Origin: Diadema antillarum
Lineage: Eukaryota
Assembly (NCBI RefSeq): GCF_040938485.1
Contig: NW_027271015.1
Location: forward strand, 1,612,001-1,676,000
Reading direction: 5' to 3'
Length of the DNA stretch: 64,000 nucleotides
Positions 37,682-49,128 of the stretch are shown piece by piece (the first letter of the stretch is position 1; each line of letters opens with the position of its first letter). The position numbers and the translations under genes were made by a program. Below the pieces are notes generated by a model. The model worked only from the letters and a program-made list of their open reading frames with translations, did not search any database and had not been told where the DNA came from.

Positions 37682-38364
37682 AAAACAAATCTCTTGGCAA
37701 TCGGCATCATGATACAAAAATTCAGTCCGTCTTGGTTTTATAAGACCCTTGTGATGATGTGCGATATGTTAGATATATGAGGAAAAATAGTGAAATTTTA
37801 GCATTTTCACTTTTTCGCCTTTGACCGCATGGCCCAAATCTTTCCCTAGAGAATTATTGTGTGGTAATGCATGTTTATACCAAGTATTATGAAGTGTTTA
37901 CATTTTCACGGTATGAAGAAAACGTAAATTCAGCATTTAGTGTAAGTTTAGCATGTTAACCTTACCTTTGACCTCGTGAACCAAAACTTCTCGAGAGCAT
38001 CACTGTCAGGCAAGACATCTATAGGTCCTACTAAGTTTCATGAAGATTCCTTGAGCAATTTCCCAGATAAGGAGAAAAAAGTGAAATTTTTGCATTTTCA
38101 CTTGGCCTTTGACCTTATGGCGCAAAACTTTTGCAAAAGAAACGGGAGGGGGCTTAAAATTTCAGAATTTGACCTTGACATATAACCTTTGACCGCGAGT
38201 TGATAGCCCCAGCTTTGTCCACACATGCATACAAATGCCAATTTTGCATTTGGAGGCCTCATATGGTTCGTAAGTTAGGTCATCAACAAAATCAAGTACA
38301 GACGAATGGACAATCCAAAAAACATAATGCCTCCGGTAACACTCCAAGGCGGAGGCATGAAAAC
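37682..38364 (+). mobile_element. Helentron/DINE-1-like non-autonomous element (HINE-type)
   Basis: Repeated (T)TGACC/CCTTTGACC motifs and a 3' stem-loop ATGCCTCCG-N14-CGGAGGCAT (38327-38358) followed by GAAAA. The 5' boundary is approximate. Confidence 0.6.
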
Positions 38365-39524
38365 TTGAGCTTGTCATCCCATGATGCAGCTCGCGACACT
38401 ATAGGTCCACACATGAGGGTGCCCGAGGTCATGCTTTCATCATTGGTTAGATGTGTGCCCTACGGATATCGAAAGTGCTTCGATCACAACCAAGTTATTA
38501 CTATTTCTTTTCTCTTTTTTGCCATATGTGAATGGTGGAAAATAAAATTGATATTTGCAACATGATTCAACAACAGATAACTTTTGAGTGTGAATGGGCC
38601 TGTGGTAATGAGCATTAAATCATAATCATCTAAAAACTGCAGCCCTTTAATACATTGCATTAAACTTTTCTGATACGTGTAAAGAAATATCACGAAAGCA
38701 TAATGTCAGTATGTTTGTGATAAATTATATGTGTGACACACAGGCAGATATATGACATATTCAAGGTACAGTCTTGAGTGTTTGAATGCTTGTACATTGA
38801 TACATTGTAAATTGTACACTGAGTGATGAATAATGGCTTGAGCAGTGGTTTGTGCAATTATGATAAATGCTTACATTTCTCATGTCATTATGCTCTTATA
38901 CCAGTATGATGTAATAGTAGGCGGAGCTATCCCAGATATGTACTGCACCAAGTTGACATGTACTGGACCTCTACGTCAAAGCTAGGGCAGTCATAATATG
39001 AACATCACCAACAGAGCACATGAAGCTCTTTTAAATCATGTATTGCGCAAAGAGTTAAAATCAAACATACTAATGAGCTTTGACTGCTTACGTGATCATC
39101 ATCGCATACGAGGGGCCTATAGTCTGATACTATCATAGGATTGCTGAGTGACATTGCCATGTGTGTGAAAGCATTCGTTTTGATAAATTGTCCATCCAGG
39201 CACACTCTATGTGTATGAAATCTCGCTAAGCGATGTACTTTGGACAGTATGGGGGCTGTCCACAAGTTGGACATTGTGACAGCTGCCCCTCCCCTTTCCC
39301 TGTAAGTATCCATGGCTGAATGAGATACAGCATTCGAACATCTGTAAATTGCGTGAGTGAAGCGCCTATCACTACTTGAATGATTTCTTGGAAATCACAA
39401 CCCATCAGCGAAGATAAGCATGCTTACACCCCGACCAATGGCGGTTTCACATTGGAGCTCTTGAACTTTGAATGGCATTGCACAAGACAAGCATTTCATT
39501 TTATTGATCATATTTCTTCTTTCC

Positions 39525-39589
39525 AAACATCAAGAAGGAGTGGGCATATCTACATATAAACATCAAGAAGGAGTGGGCATATCTACATA
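39525..39589 (+). repeat. 33-bp tandem duplication
   Basis: AAACATCAAGAAGGAGTGGGCATATCTACATA at 39525 and 39558. Confidence 0.9.
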
Positions 39590-39595
39590 ATAAAC

Positions 39596-39596
<1 letters not shown>

Positions 39597-39631
<35 letters not shown>
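39597..39631 (+). repeat. (TG)n microsatellite
   Basis: Direct inspection. Confidence 0.95.
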
Positions 39632-39634
<3 letters not shown>

Positions 39635-39974
39635 CAGAAGTCTTAAAAGTATACTGCAGCATCGATATACTGCAGCATTGATATACTATCTCTTTTCATC
39701 TACCTGGTGCATTCATCTGCGCATAGTCAAAAGTGTTCAGAACTCTTGACCTACATCTCACATAGCGAGTGCCTGGTTCTTTTTTTTTTCTTCTTTCTTT
39801 CGATAGGTGCCTTCTCATTTGAATCAACATGATATTTGTTGGTACCACTCTCATTGGCAAAGTGCCATGGTAAAAGAAACTATGGTAATTTACTCGGTAA
39901 CATTCTCATTCACGAAATACCAATGGTATTTCTGGTAAGCATTGTGCATGTGTGTATCCCCTGTGAAAGCTAGA

Positions 39975-39998
39975 CAGGAAGTGAGTCAAGTCACGTGA
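39975..39998. promoter_or_regulatory. Compact ETS + AP-1 + E-box motif cluster
   Basis: CAGGAAGT (39975-39982), TGAGTCA (39982-39988) and GTCACGTGA (39990-39998). Motif match only. Confidence 0.3.
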
Positions 39999-41206
39999 TA
40001 AAATACACCGCTGTACGATCTGTGATATTTCATGACACAGTGCACACTCAAATCTTGCATGCATATTTTGTGCCATGTTCAAACTATCACCTTAGAAACC
40101 ATTGTATTTTGAAATGCATTTTCATAGTGTAATTGCATTTACACTGAATTACTGTGCAAAATATGCAGTATTTAAACATAAATGTAAATGCACCTAATGA
40201 GACTTCAGATTGTGAGTTTGAGTGGCAATCAGGATTGATTGGACATTCATATTTGATCCCATCTGACATCTCAAGAAATTTATGCTATCCGATCCTTCTA
40301 GATGTACCTCAGCAGAATGTATACACTCTAGGCATACTTGGCAGTAGGGGCTGGTACTCTGATCTCTACAATATCTGCATCTAGTCAAATACTGAGTGAT
40401 ATATTCTTCATGTCTAAAGAGGCAGATATGCCAATGTGCAGTGGAGGAGCTCTCCTGTGCAGATTGCCTGCATGAAGTACCTGTTTATGGTGCGATCTGG
40501 AGCCAAAAAGTGGCGCTCAAGAACTTTTAGCGATAAGAAGATAATCAGTGCCCTTCTTTGCTCCCCTGCAGTATCATATCCCGATCTGAACATTGGCCAA
40601 TCACATTCATGGCTGCTTGCATGAAATATCTAATGTATTTCACACATTTGAAGTGGACCACATGATAAGAATATCTCAATTGAGATATGAGAACAAAAAG
40701 TTTGACGACTCAAGGAAGGTAGAGGAAATGAACAGATACAAACATTCCATGTATGCTAAGTAATATACATATATGTAATGCCATGTACTAGTATGTTTAA
40801 AGAGTTCAAAGAGATAAGATATAGCTTTGATATACACCTTAGAGGTCTAATGTGCATGGAAGCATTATAGCATGTTTATCAACATTGAATGTGACATGGC
40901 CAGGTATTTTGAAACTTTTGAGTTTGTCACGGATTACATGATACATTTCCGCAATCAGAGGGTATCAGTCAACGCCCACTCAAATGCCCCAAAGTATACA
41001 ATTCTGTTATGCTGCACCAGAAAGAGAAAATTTGTTTTCAAATTTTGAGTGTGGGCCTACTAGACAATGAATCTCAATTTCTCCATGGTGGTGCAAGCAG
41101 TGTGATGACGGAAATTTTGTACAATAAGATTTAGTGTGAAAAAAATGCTAAAAGATATTCAAACCAGTCAATGTATGCCAAAATGTCCATATTCTTATGT
41201 TCACAT

Positions 41207-41379
41207 CTGGGGACCATTTCATGAACGAACTTGTCAGATGAAATATCTGACAAGTCTCTTCTATCTGACAAGTTCTGAGAAATTTTTTAGTCTGATTGGT
41301 TGATTTCTCTGAACTTGTCGGATATAATTGACTTGTCGGACATTTTATCCAACAAGTTTCTTCATGAAATGCCCCCCTG
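41207..41379. mobile_element. PIF/Harbinger-like MITE with CTG target duplication
   Basis: CTG-GGGACCATTTCATGAA...TTCATGAAATGCCCCC-CTG, with internal CTTGTC(A/G)GA / TC(T/C)(G/A)ACAAG inverted motifs. Confidence 0.75.
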
Positions 41380-43899
41380 GGCTGACTATCTAGCAGTATG
41401 GAATTAGTGCTATGGCAATAGTAAATAGGAAGATGATATTCAATGTAACTCCACATATGCTGCCATCAATCCAACAGTATTTTGTTAAGACTATGCTGGA
41501 AATAACTTGCTTCTTTGTAGATTCAGCTCTTGTAACAAGGAAAAACTCATGGTTTTGGGTTTTACCATAATCAATGCACCTGTCATAGTTAAAATCTTCC
41601 TAAATTTTAGCATCTAGGGCTGAGGAATGAAATTGCTTCCATAACGTTATTTCAAGTAACTAAAACAGCTGTTCCATTACAACTATGTGGCAAACATTAA
41701 TTGGTTCCTTGGATGATATTCCTCACGTAGCCTACCAGTAAAATATGTAAAAGAAAATACACCCCCCCAAAAAAACCAAAAAAAAAAAATAAAACCAACC
41801 AAACATGCATCTATATCAGCTGTTATAACAGCATAAGAGCTCATCTGTTTTGAATCTTGATATCAGCTCTTGGAATGCATGGAACACAAAGAAACTCCCA
41901 CCAATTAAGCTATCTACTCCAAGGGCCCAACATTTTATCACGGCAGATAGACATGACCTGGAAGTGCATGAACAAATACAGACTTCATAAATCTTGTACT
42001 TCAAATAAAATTGATCATATATGACTCTTTGTTCTACCCGTCTGCCGTCATTCTTTGATATCTTTTACAGGTCTTAACTCTGTTCAGAGTACAAACTATA
42101 ACGTCACAACAAAGAGTGATTATCACCACTGTATACATATCTGTAGACATGCAAGAAGGAAAATATCATACATTGAAAATAAATGATAAATTTTGGGACA
42201 AGGTTTAAGATTGAGGACAGAGTTTAGCATTAAAGAGAAAAATATGTTCATAGACATTCTCTTCATAGAGATGAGAACAAGTCAGAACGCTCCTTCGTTT
42301 CTCGGTAATGTCTCTTTTATATCCCTTTCCCATGCATGTTTATGAGGATTTCTAGGATACAATGTATCAAAATTACTTCACAAGCACTGAAGAAATCTGT
42401 GTAGATACTTCTCAAAAAGTGGTATATTATGAACATATCTCTGATTTTGTATTGAAACAATTTTTTTATTCACTGCACACACTGTCAGGAAATCACCAAA
42501 GTTTTTAAAGCTCTGTGAATGGACTAGACATTGGTCTAAATTCTCTCGGTCGCAGACAACATGTACAACAAGGTGTCAAATTGAAAGGAATATTATAGAC
42601 ATATTCTGGTCAAGGAAGAGAGAAGCACACACATATGCAAAAGGGAGAACAAAAAATAAAAGCCAAGTAAAAGAAGGCAAATTTGGAAACCAGTACACCA
42701 TCGAAGTCAAAGAGACATATGGATACACAGACGGATCGCAAGCTTGAAGGAAGGATTAAAGTGAGAAAGGAATGGAATGAGACAGATAGAGATAGAGGGA
42801 AGGTGAGAAGGTGGTGGAGATAGACTAATATGACCAACAATGAGGGGGGTAAACAATAACAACGACAATGAGCATGAAGAGCACGGGGAAGATATTGACA
42901 TCTCAATGTTTGTGAAAGTTTGAATCAAAGAGACTCTGGGGTGAGGATTGTATTGAATGCACTTTGCCATTCTCACTCTATTGATTTTGCAACCAGTTTT
43001 CACCAACTCTTTCCAAACAGACTCTATTTTTCCCCCCACTGTATTCCATCTCTTCTTTCTCTTCCTTTCTATCATTCTGTCTGTTTTCATAGGAGAACGG
43101 TCATAGATAACAGTTGAAGAGAATTGCGGACAGGCCTTGAAATCAATGCAAACCAAACTTTCTGCGTGAATTGCACATTATGAAACCTGGAATCACCAAT
43201 TGGAAATACAACAATCTATTTCGTGTCATCTAAATGAACATTTCAATGAGATGGAATTTGTGACTACCTGATATGATATTTTTTTGAATGATACACTTTG
43301 CAGATAATGACCCTCTCTTTCATGGACCCCCACTTTGCTCTGTAGCTGCATAATGACACGTTTTAAAGGCATTCCTTCACCTCCCCTTCATTTTCAAGAT
43401 TTAAGTCATCAGCATACTGTTTCTGTTTCTCGCGTAGATGTTTCATTCCTGCCAAAAAATGATAACACTGGGCTAAGTGTGTCACTTGAGACCCCCTTAA
43501 TCTAAACTCATTCATTAGTAACCCTTTGTATTTGATACTGAATCTCCCCTGGAAATGGCAGTTTGTGATGATTTACCTCATGTTCAAGTCTGAGAAGAGC
43601 CATGTTATGGTTTTGACCACGTAAAATGAAAGTAGCGATTGAATTCCGGGGTGTCGTCTTGCTTATTGTATAGTAAATAATGAAGATGAAAGTAAAAAGT
43701 GCAATGCTCAGTATTGATATTAGATTCCCAACTGAAATTCCATTCCATTTTAATTCAAACGCGCGATGCCTTACTCTTTCAGGTGAGATGGAACCAAATT
43801 CCATTGCACATTAAATGGGCAAATATTATGCTAAAAAACTGGGGAGAAAATTGAAAGGTTATGTAGACTGTATCAGCAACGACCCATTATCATAAGGAT

Positions 43900-44075
43900 C
43901 AGATACATTGCTGTCATGTCAGTCAATGGAGCAATGGTGTGGCGACTTAGAAGGGTGAAGGAGGGGGCAAGGATCTGGGAGGAGCAATACCTGAGCCTTG
44001 GGGAAGAAAAGATCTCATCAGTTAAAGGGTCTTTGTTGGTCTTTATTGATTTCAAGGTCGCATGGGAGGGGGAGC
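43900..44075 (+). mobile_element. Decayed non-LTR (RTE-like) reverse transcriptase fragment
   Basis: One frame reads RYIAVMSVNGAMVWRLRR...EEQ...EK...LLVFIDFKVAW, echoing YRxIxLLS..GK...RL...EEQ...EK...FIDFxKAFD with an internal deletion. Confidence 0.4.
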
Positions 44076-44559
44076 TCCACCAAGTGAAAGTGAGGGGGGG
44101 CTCCTTGGTGTTGCATGCACATTGGATTGGTAGATTAGTGGATAGGAATGATGTGAATTGTGTGCGTATATGTGTGTGCATGTGTGTGTGAGTGTATGAA
44201 CAGATGTGTGGGTTTTTCTTTCAATGTACAATAATGATTACATTCTGTTTTGCTGTACAACCGATTTTTTTTTCTTTCATTGCAATTATCAATTTGATGA
44301 CATGAATGGCAGGTATTAGATATCAAGTCTTAATTCTAAATTTTGTGAAAATAAGTATTTAAGCAGGAAGGTAAAAAACTCTTGTTATTTGTATTTAAAA
44401 AATGTGATTGTTCTGTTACTTTGTACACTGGTATCAGCTCATACAATTACATCTGTATTGTTTAAATGCAAATGAATGAAGATGATTAAAAAAAATGAGT
44501 GGGTTGTGCTTGTGTATGTCTGTATAAGTATACAAGGGGGAGAGGGTATGGGCAGAAGA

Positions 44560-44825
44560 TGAAGACGGGGGGGGGGGGGGGCTGAGAATCGAGGGAAGAA
44601 GTGATTAGCAGTTGAAATATTGCAAGAAAAGAATAAATGGTAAAGCAACAGCAACAGGAGCATTTGGCAACATCTTAGGTTTGTAGGTGAAGACGGGGGG
44701 GGGGGGGGGGGGGGGGGCTGAGAATCGAGGGAAGAAGTGATTAGCAGTTGAAATATTGCAAGAAAAGAATAAATGGTAAAGCAACAGCAACAGGAGCATT
44801 TGGCAACATCTTAGGTTTGTAGGTG
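44560..44825 (+). repeat. Exact ~130-bp tandem duplication differing only in poly-G length (possible assembly artefact)
   Basis: The unit TGAAGAC-(G)n-CTGAGAATCG...TTTGTAGG starts at 44560 and 44688; the G-runs are 15 and 23 long. Confidence 0.9.
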
Positions 44826-44998
44826 TTCAGATGAGATCTGAAGCAAACATAACCCTCTTCTTTATCACCTATAAAAAAAATGAACGATCAAAAATCAGAT
44901 TCAGCCAGGTAAAGCACCATGAGGGAACCAAGCAAATAACTGTGTGATAACACTGGTATTTACTTCTTTTTAATCATGACTATACTCCATGTATTCTT

Positions 44999-45647
44999 TT
45001 AACCCTTAACATGCTTTGTGTGGCAATTGGCACACATGCAGGAGTGATTTTTTTTTTCAGATGTGCAGCTTTAAAATGATATACTGCTCAAAAATACTTG
45101 TTCCTAACTCACTTAGTTTGAAAATCAAACATGTAAGAATGTCATTTGTTTAAAAAGGGGGGTTTTGAAGTTTAGGGTGTAATCCACATGCATGGAAATC
45201 TCCATATTTTGTGGGGAATAAAAAGGGATTTGAAACTTCATGCGATCTACAGTGGAGAGATTATCAAAGTTAACTAAAACTCTGCTTACTTGGTAACAAC
45301 ATTTGACAATGTCAGAGTATCACAGCTACCATCCACTATTCACCCTTTGTGCTTTGTTTGCTGCTTAACTGGCACAGATGGCTGTAAACTAATTGTCAAT
45401 GAATACAGATTATCTAATCCCCCTAATCCCTACTATGTCACCATGGCCTTCAAGGACATTGCTACATCTGAGTGAGCTTGTTAACCTGTTGAGGATGGGG
45501 CTGACTTTGCTACAACACACATTTCCCACAGACACCTGCCTGAGTATACTCAGGACTCGTCTTCAACTGGTTAATCTACACCTATGTCAAGTTTGGATGG
45601 ATTACCGAAAACTGACAAAAGAGTTTGGCAGAGCGCTAAAGGGTTAA
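44999..45647. mobile_element. piggyBac-like non-autonomous element (host of a nested mini-element)
   Basis: TTAA-CCCTT...AAGGG-TTAA; the TIR is degenerate beyond 9 bp. Confidence 0.55.
45481..45574. mobile_element. 94-bp piggyBac-like mini-element, nested
   Basis: TTAACCTGTTGAGGATG...CGTCTTCAACTGGTTAA; relatives at 58912-58974 and 63737-63754. Confidence 0.7.
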
Positions 45648-46210
45648 AGGACAAGTCCACCATCATATACATGTGGATTGAGTGAATGCAGCAATATTAG
45701 TAGAACACATCAGTGAGAGTTTGAGGAAAATCGGACAATCCGTTCAAAAATTATGAATTTTTAAAGTATCTGCATAGTCAATGCTGGGTGAGAAGACTAC
45801 TAGAGTGTATGATGTCACATGCGTACAATGTTATAAGGAAAATATAAAGAGAATTTCACAAAATGTTACTTTTTGAAAAAAGTGCACATTTCCTTGACTC
45901 GTCACTGACGTATGTTAAGGGTAATATTATTCCCCTTGCCTTCTGAAAGACGGAAGTCAAGTGTTCTTTTATCATGCGAGAAAAGTGAAAATATCTTGAA
46001 TTTTCCTTATACTTTCGTTATGTAGTTGTACACATGTGACATCACAAGCTGTAGTAGTCCTCTCATCCAGCAGTGACTAAGCAGAAACTTCAAAAATTCA
46101 TAACTTTTAAACGGATGTTCCAATTTTCCTCAAACTCTTGCTGATGTGTCCTATTGATATAGCTGCATTCACTCGATCCACATGTCTATGAAGGTGAACT
46201 TGTCCTTTAA
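45644..46210. mobile_element. Kolobok-type MITE, subfamily B, full length
   Basis: TTAA-AGGACAAGTCCACC...GGTGAACTTGTCCT-TTAA, ~200-bp inverted arms; shares its left TTAA with the preceding element. Confidence 0.9.
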
Positions 46211-46795
46211 TGACAATAAGTGCATTATCTCCCGAGGGGCTGATCCTAGATTCATACAATTATCAAGTATCAATGATTGGACGTGCTGTCTTGTCACACT
46301 TTTATCTTTCTTGAAAATTGAACTAGGGGCCTATTATGAAAGATTACACAAATGGGTTTGCATAACAGTTTGTTCGCACTCAGTTTGTTCACATGAAGAG
46401 ATAATACTTGATGCTCATATCAGTTTGACATTGACCTAACAAAGACTTAGAGTTGAATGAAATGATAAAATGTTGTCCTCACTTCCAGTCAAGTGTAAGC
46501 TGACTGCACCAGAAAAAGAAGGTCAAATTCTGGCACTCTAGCCATCACTATGGCTATACCAAGAGTTAAGAAAACAAATTGTAGTAAGGGTTAGATGTGC
46601 ACCCAATTTAACGCAAATCGGTATTATTTTGATAATTAATATTTCAGGGACATCATTTGGACTGTTGAAGTTTGCCATATTGTGCATTTATGAACTTTTT
46701 TACCCTTAATGAGTAACTCAATTGGCTATTGGCTAATGTCACCATATACCTGCATGAACAGGCCTACAACATCAGATAAAAAGAAACACAGACAA

Positions 46796-49128
46796 AACTA
46801 GACCCGGAATTTGTCAAGACTGACAAATTAGGTGATCCGATTTTTTTAAAATCAATGATTCGAGTTTTCACCTGAGATTAGGGACATTGGTCGTGTGATG
46901 TTTGGATTCTCATTTTGAAAAGGGAGTCAGACCTGCCATCTTGGGTACCGAATTCCGTATACACTATCAAAGATGCAGAATGAAGTATATTTGACCTTTG
47001 ACCCCACTTTGCACCCCCATGATGGCATCTGAGCAAAAAGTGGTTATTTTGTGAAATGATTCTTGTAACATGGTCTTTGCGTGTGCAAAATATGGGAAAG
47101 ATAAGACATGTATTCACCAAGATACAGGATTTGACCTTTGACCCTAGTTTACATACCCAAGATGGTGTCTGATCAAGTAGTTGTTATTTTATGAAATAAT
47201 GTACGTAACATCAACTAAACATGTGCAAAATATGGGGTTGATAGGGGCTATTTTTCTTGAGTTATTACAAAGAAAATTGGAAAAAGAAAGAAATATGAAA
47301 ATACATCGAAGATAATCTTTAATTTCAACCACGTTTTTGGACGTGATCCCGACACCATATGAAAAACAAAGGGAACACGTACAATAGCGCAAAGTCTCAG
47401 CTACAACATATTAAAATCTGGGAGAAATTCACCGAAGGATAGGTGAGCTAGTGCTCGATAAAGACAATCATGTCAATTTTCACATCTAGAAAAATTCCCT
47501 CCCATAGAGATAACACGTCATAACGAAGATAGAGAAAGAAGTGCATATGACCTTTGACCCCGATCTGCACAGACAAGATGGCATCTGAGCAAAAAGTGGT
47601 TATTGTGTGAAATGATCCTTGTAACACGGTCTTTACGTGTGCAAAATATGGGGAAGATAGAACATGTATTCACCAAGATACAGGATGAAACATTTATGAC
47701 CTTTGACCCTAATTTACATACCGAAGATGGCATCTGATGAAGTAGTTGTTATTTTATGAAATAATGTACGTGACATGAACTAAACATGTGCAAAATATGG
47801 TAGTGATAGAGTATGTTTTTCTTGAGTTATTGCAAAGAAAGTTGGAAAAAGAAAGAAATATGAAAATACATCGAAGATAGGCTTTGATTTCAACCAAGTT
47901 TTTGGACGTGATCCAGATACCGTATGAAAAAATGAAGGGCACACTTACGATAGCCCAAAGTCTCAGCTACAACATATTAAAATCTTAGAGAAATTCACCG
48001 AAGCATAGGTGAGCTAGTGCTCGAAAAAGATAGTCATGTCAATTTTCACATCCAGAAAAACTGCACTCCCATTAAGATAACACGTAAACTGGTCAAATTT
48101 GACAAGATTACATTCAATCCAATATTATGAGGTGATGCCGTCATCTAATCAAAATGTTGTAATTATGTTAATGAAAGAGCATTTAGTAAGCTACAACACA
48201 CTGAAATCTGGGTAAAAATTGGCAAAGGATAAGTGAGATACGCTCGAGTGAACTTGTAATTTGATGACGTCATTTTGAAAATTTACTCTTTTTATTTTAT
48301 TAAGAAATTTGATATCTTTTAATCATTTTTCCAGCATCGCCAACCCATGAAATAATATGTAAAACTCATCAGCTTTCAGAATATGTAAAGAAAATGGGGG
48401 GTCATCGTCCATCTTGACGAGTAAAATCGGATTTAAAATTGGCAGTTTTTTGCCACTGTTGCACTGTATATCGCCATTGACGCGCGCGCGGAATTTCAAC
48501 TTTGACGGGCCCGTATGACGTCATATTGAGTCGGATTGACTTGAAACTTGGTAGACATATTCCCTGACATTTCAGGCAGGCGATAAGTGTGAAAAAACGG
48601 GAAATTTCTATTGCATATGAGCTGTGCGTGCGTATATGCGCGCGCGCGTACGCGTCCGTAAATTTTTTTCAATTTTTCAAAAAATGCTCTAAATGGTCTG
48701 AAACGTGTGCAAAAAAAATTTGAGCTCGATTTGAGCATAGAAATATTTCAACGCGCGCGTACGCGCACGTTTTAAGATATAGATGAATTTTGAGAATATG
48801 AGTAGAATGCGCTTGACTTGAAATATATGTGACGTAAATTTCATTGAAAAATTCCATTCCATTAATGAGATATGATTGAGAATGTGTTTTCATATAATGA
48901 CGTCATAGTGACGTCACGGTCGACTGATCACTTTGATTTTAGTTCGATTGCCGTCTTTGGGAGACGATACATATATGGTATAAGTTTGAAATTGATAGGA
49001 AGAGGACTTTCTGAGCTAATCGATGCACAACTTTTGGGGAGAAATAAGAAGAAAAAGAAGAAGAAGAAGAAGAAAGAATCCGTACAAAAACAGAAGGTGA
49101 TCCGAGAGGATACTCGGATCACCTAATT
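46796..49128 (+). mobile_element. 2.3-kb Helentron/DINE-1-like non-autonomous element (HINE) with internal tandem repeats
   Basis: Perfect 15-bp subterminal inverted repeats AATTAGGTGATCCGA (46826-46840) / TCGGATCACCTAATT (49114-49128). There is a 5' hairpin at 46808-46829, a 3' 12-bp stem-loop at 49095-49124 and a (GAA)n tract near the 3' end. No long ORF. Confidence 0.8.
46990..48085 (+). repeat. Two ~560-bp tandem units, each containing two ~140-150-bp subrepeats
   Basis: TGACCTTTGACCC anchors at 46992/47132 and 47548/47697; GATAACACGT unit ends near 47518 and 48085. Confidence 0.9.

Noticed and set aside
43508-43804. 98-aa minus ORF with a transmembrane-like stretch and a GAG|gtaaat donor
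   Set aside because: AT-rich sequence readily yields hydrophobic runs, and the acceptor lacks a pyrimidine tract.
46878-49126. Repeated short ORFs suggesting a tandem gene pair or transposase
   Set aside because: They are translations of the tandem units in the non-autonomous element; no Rep, helicase or DDE motifs.
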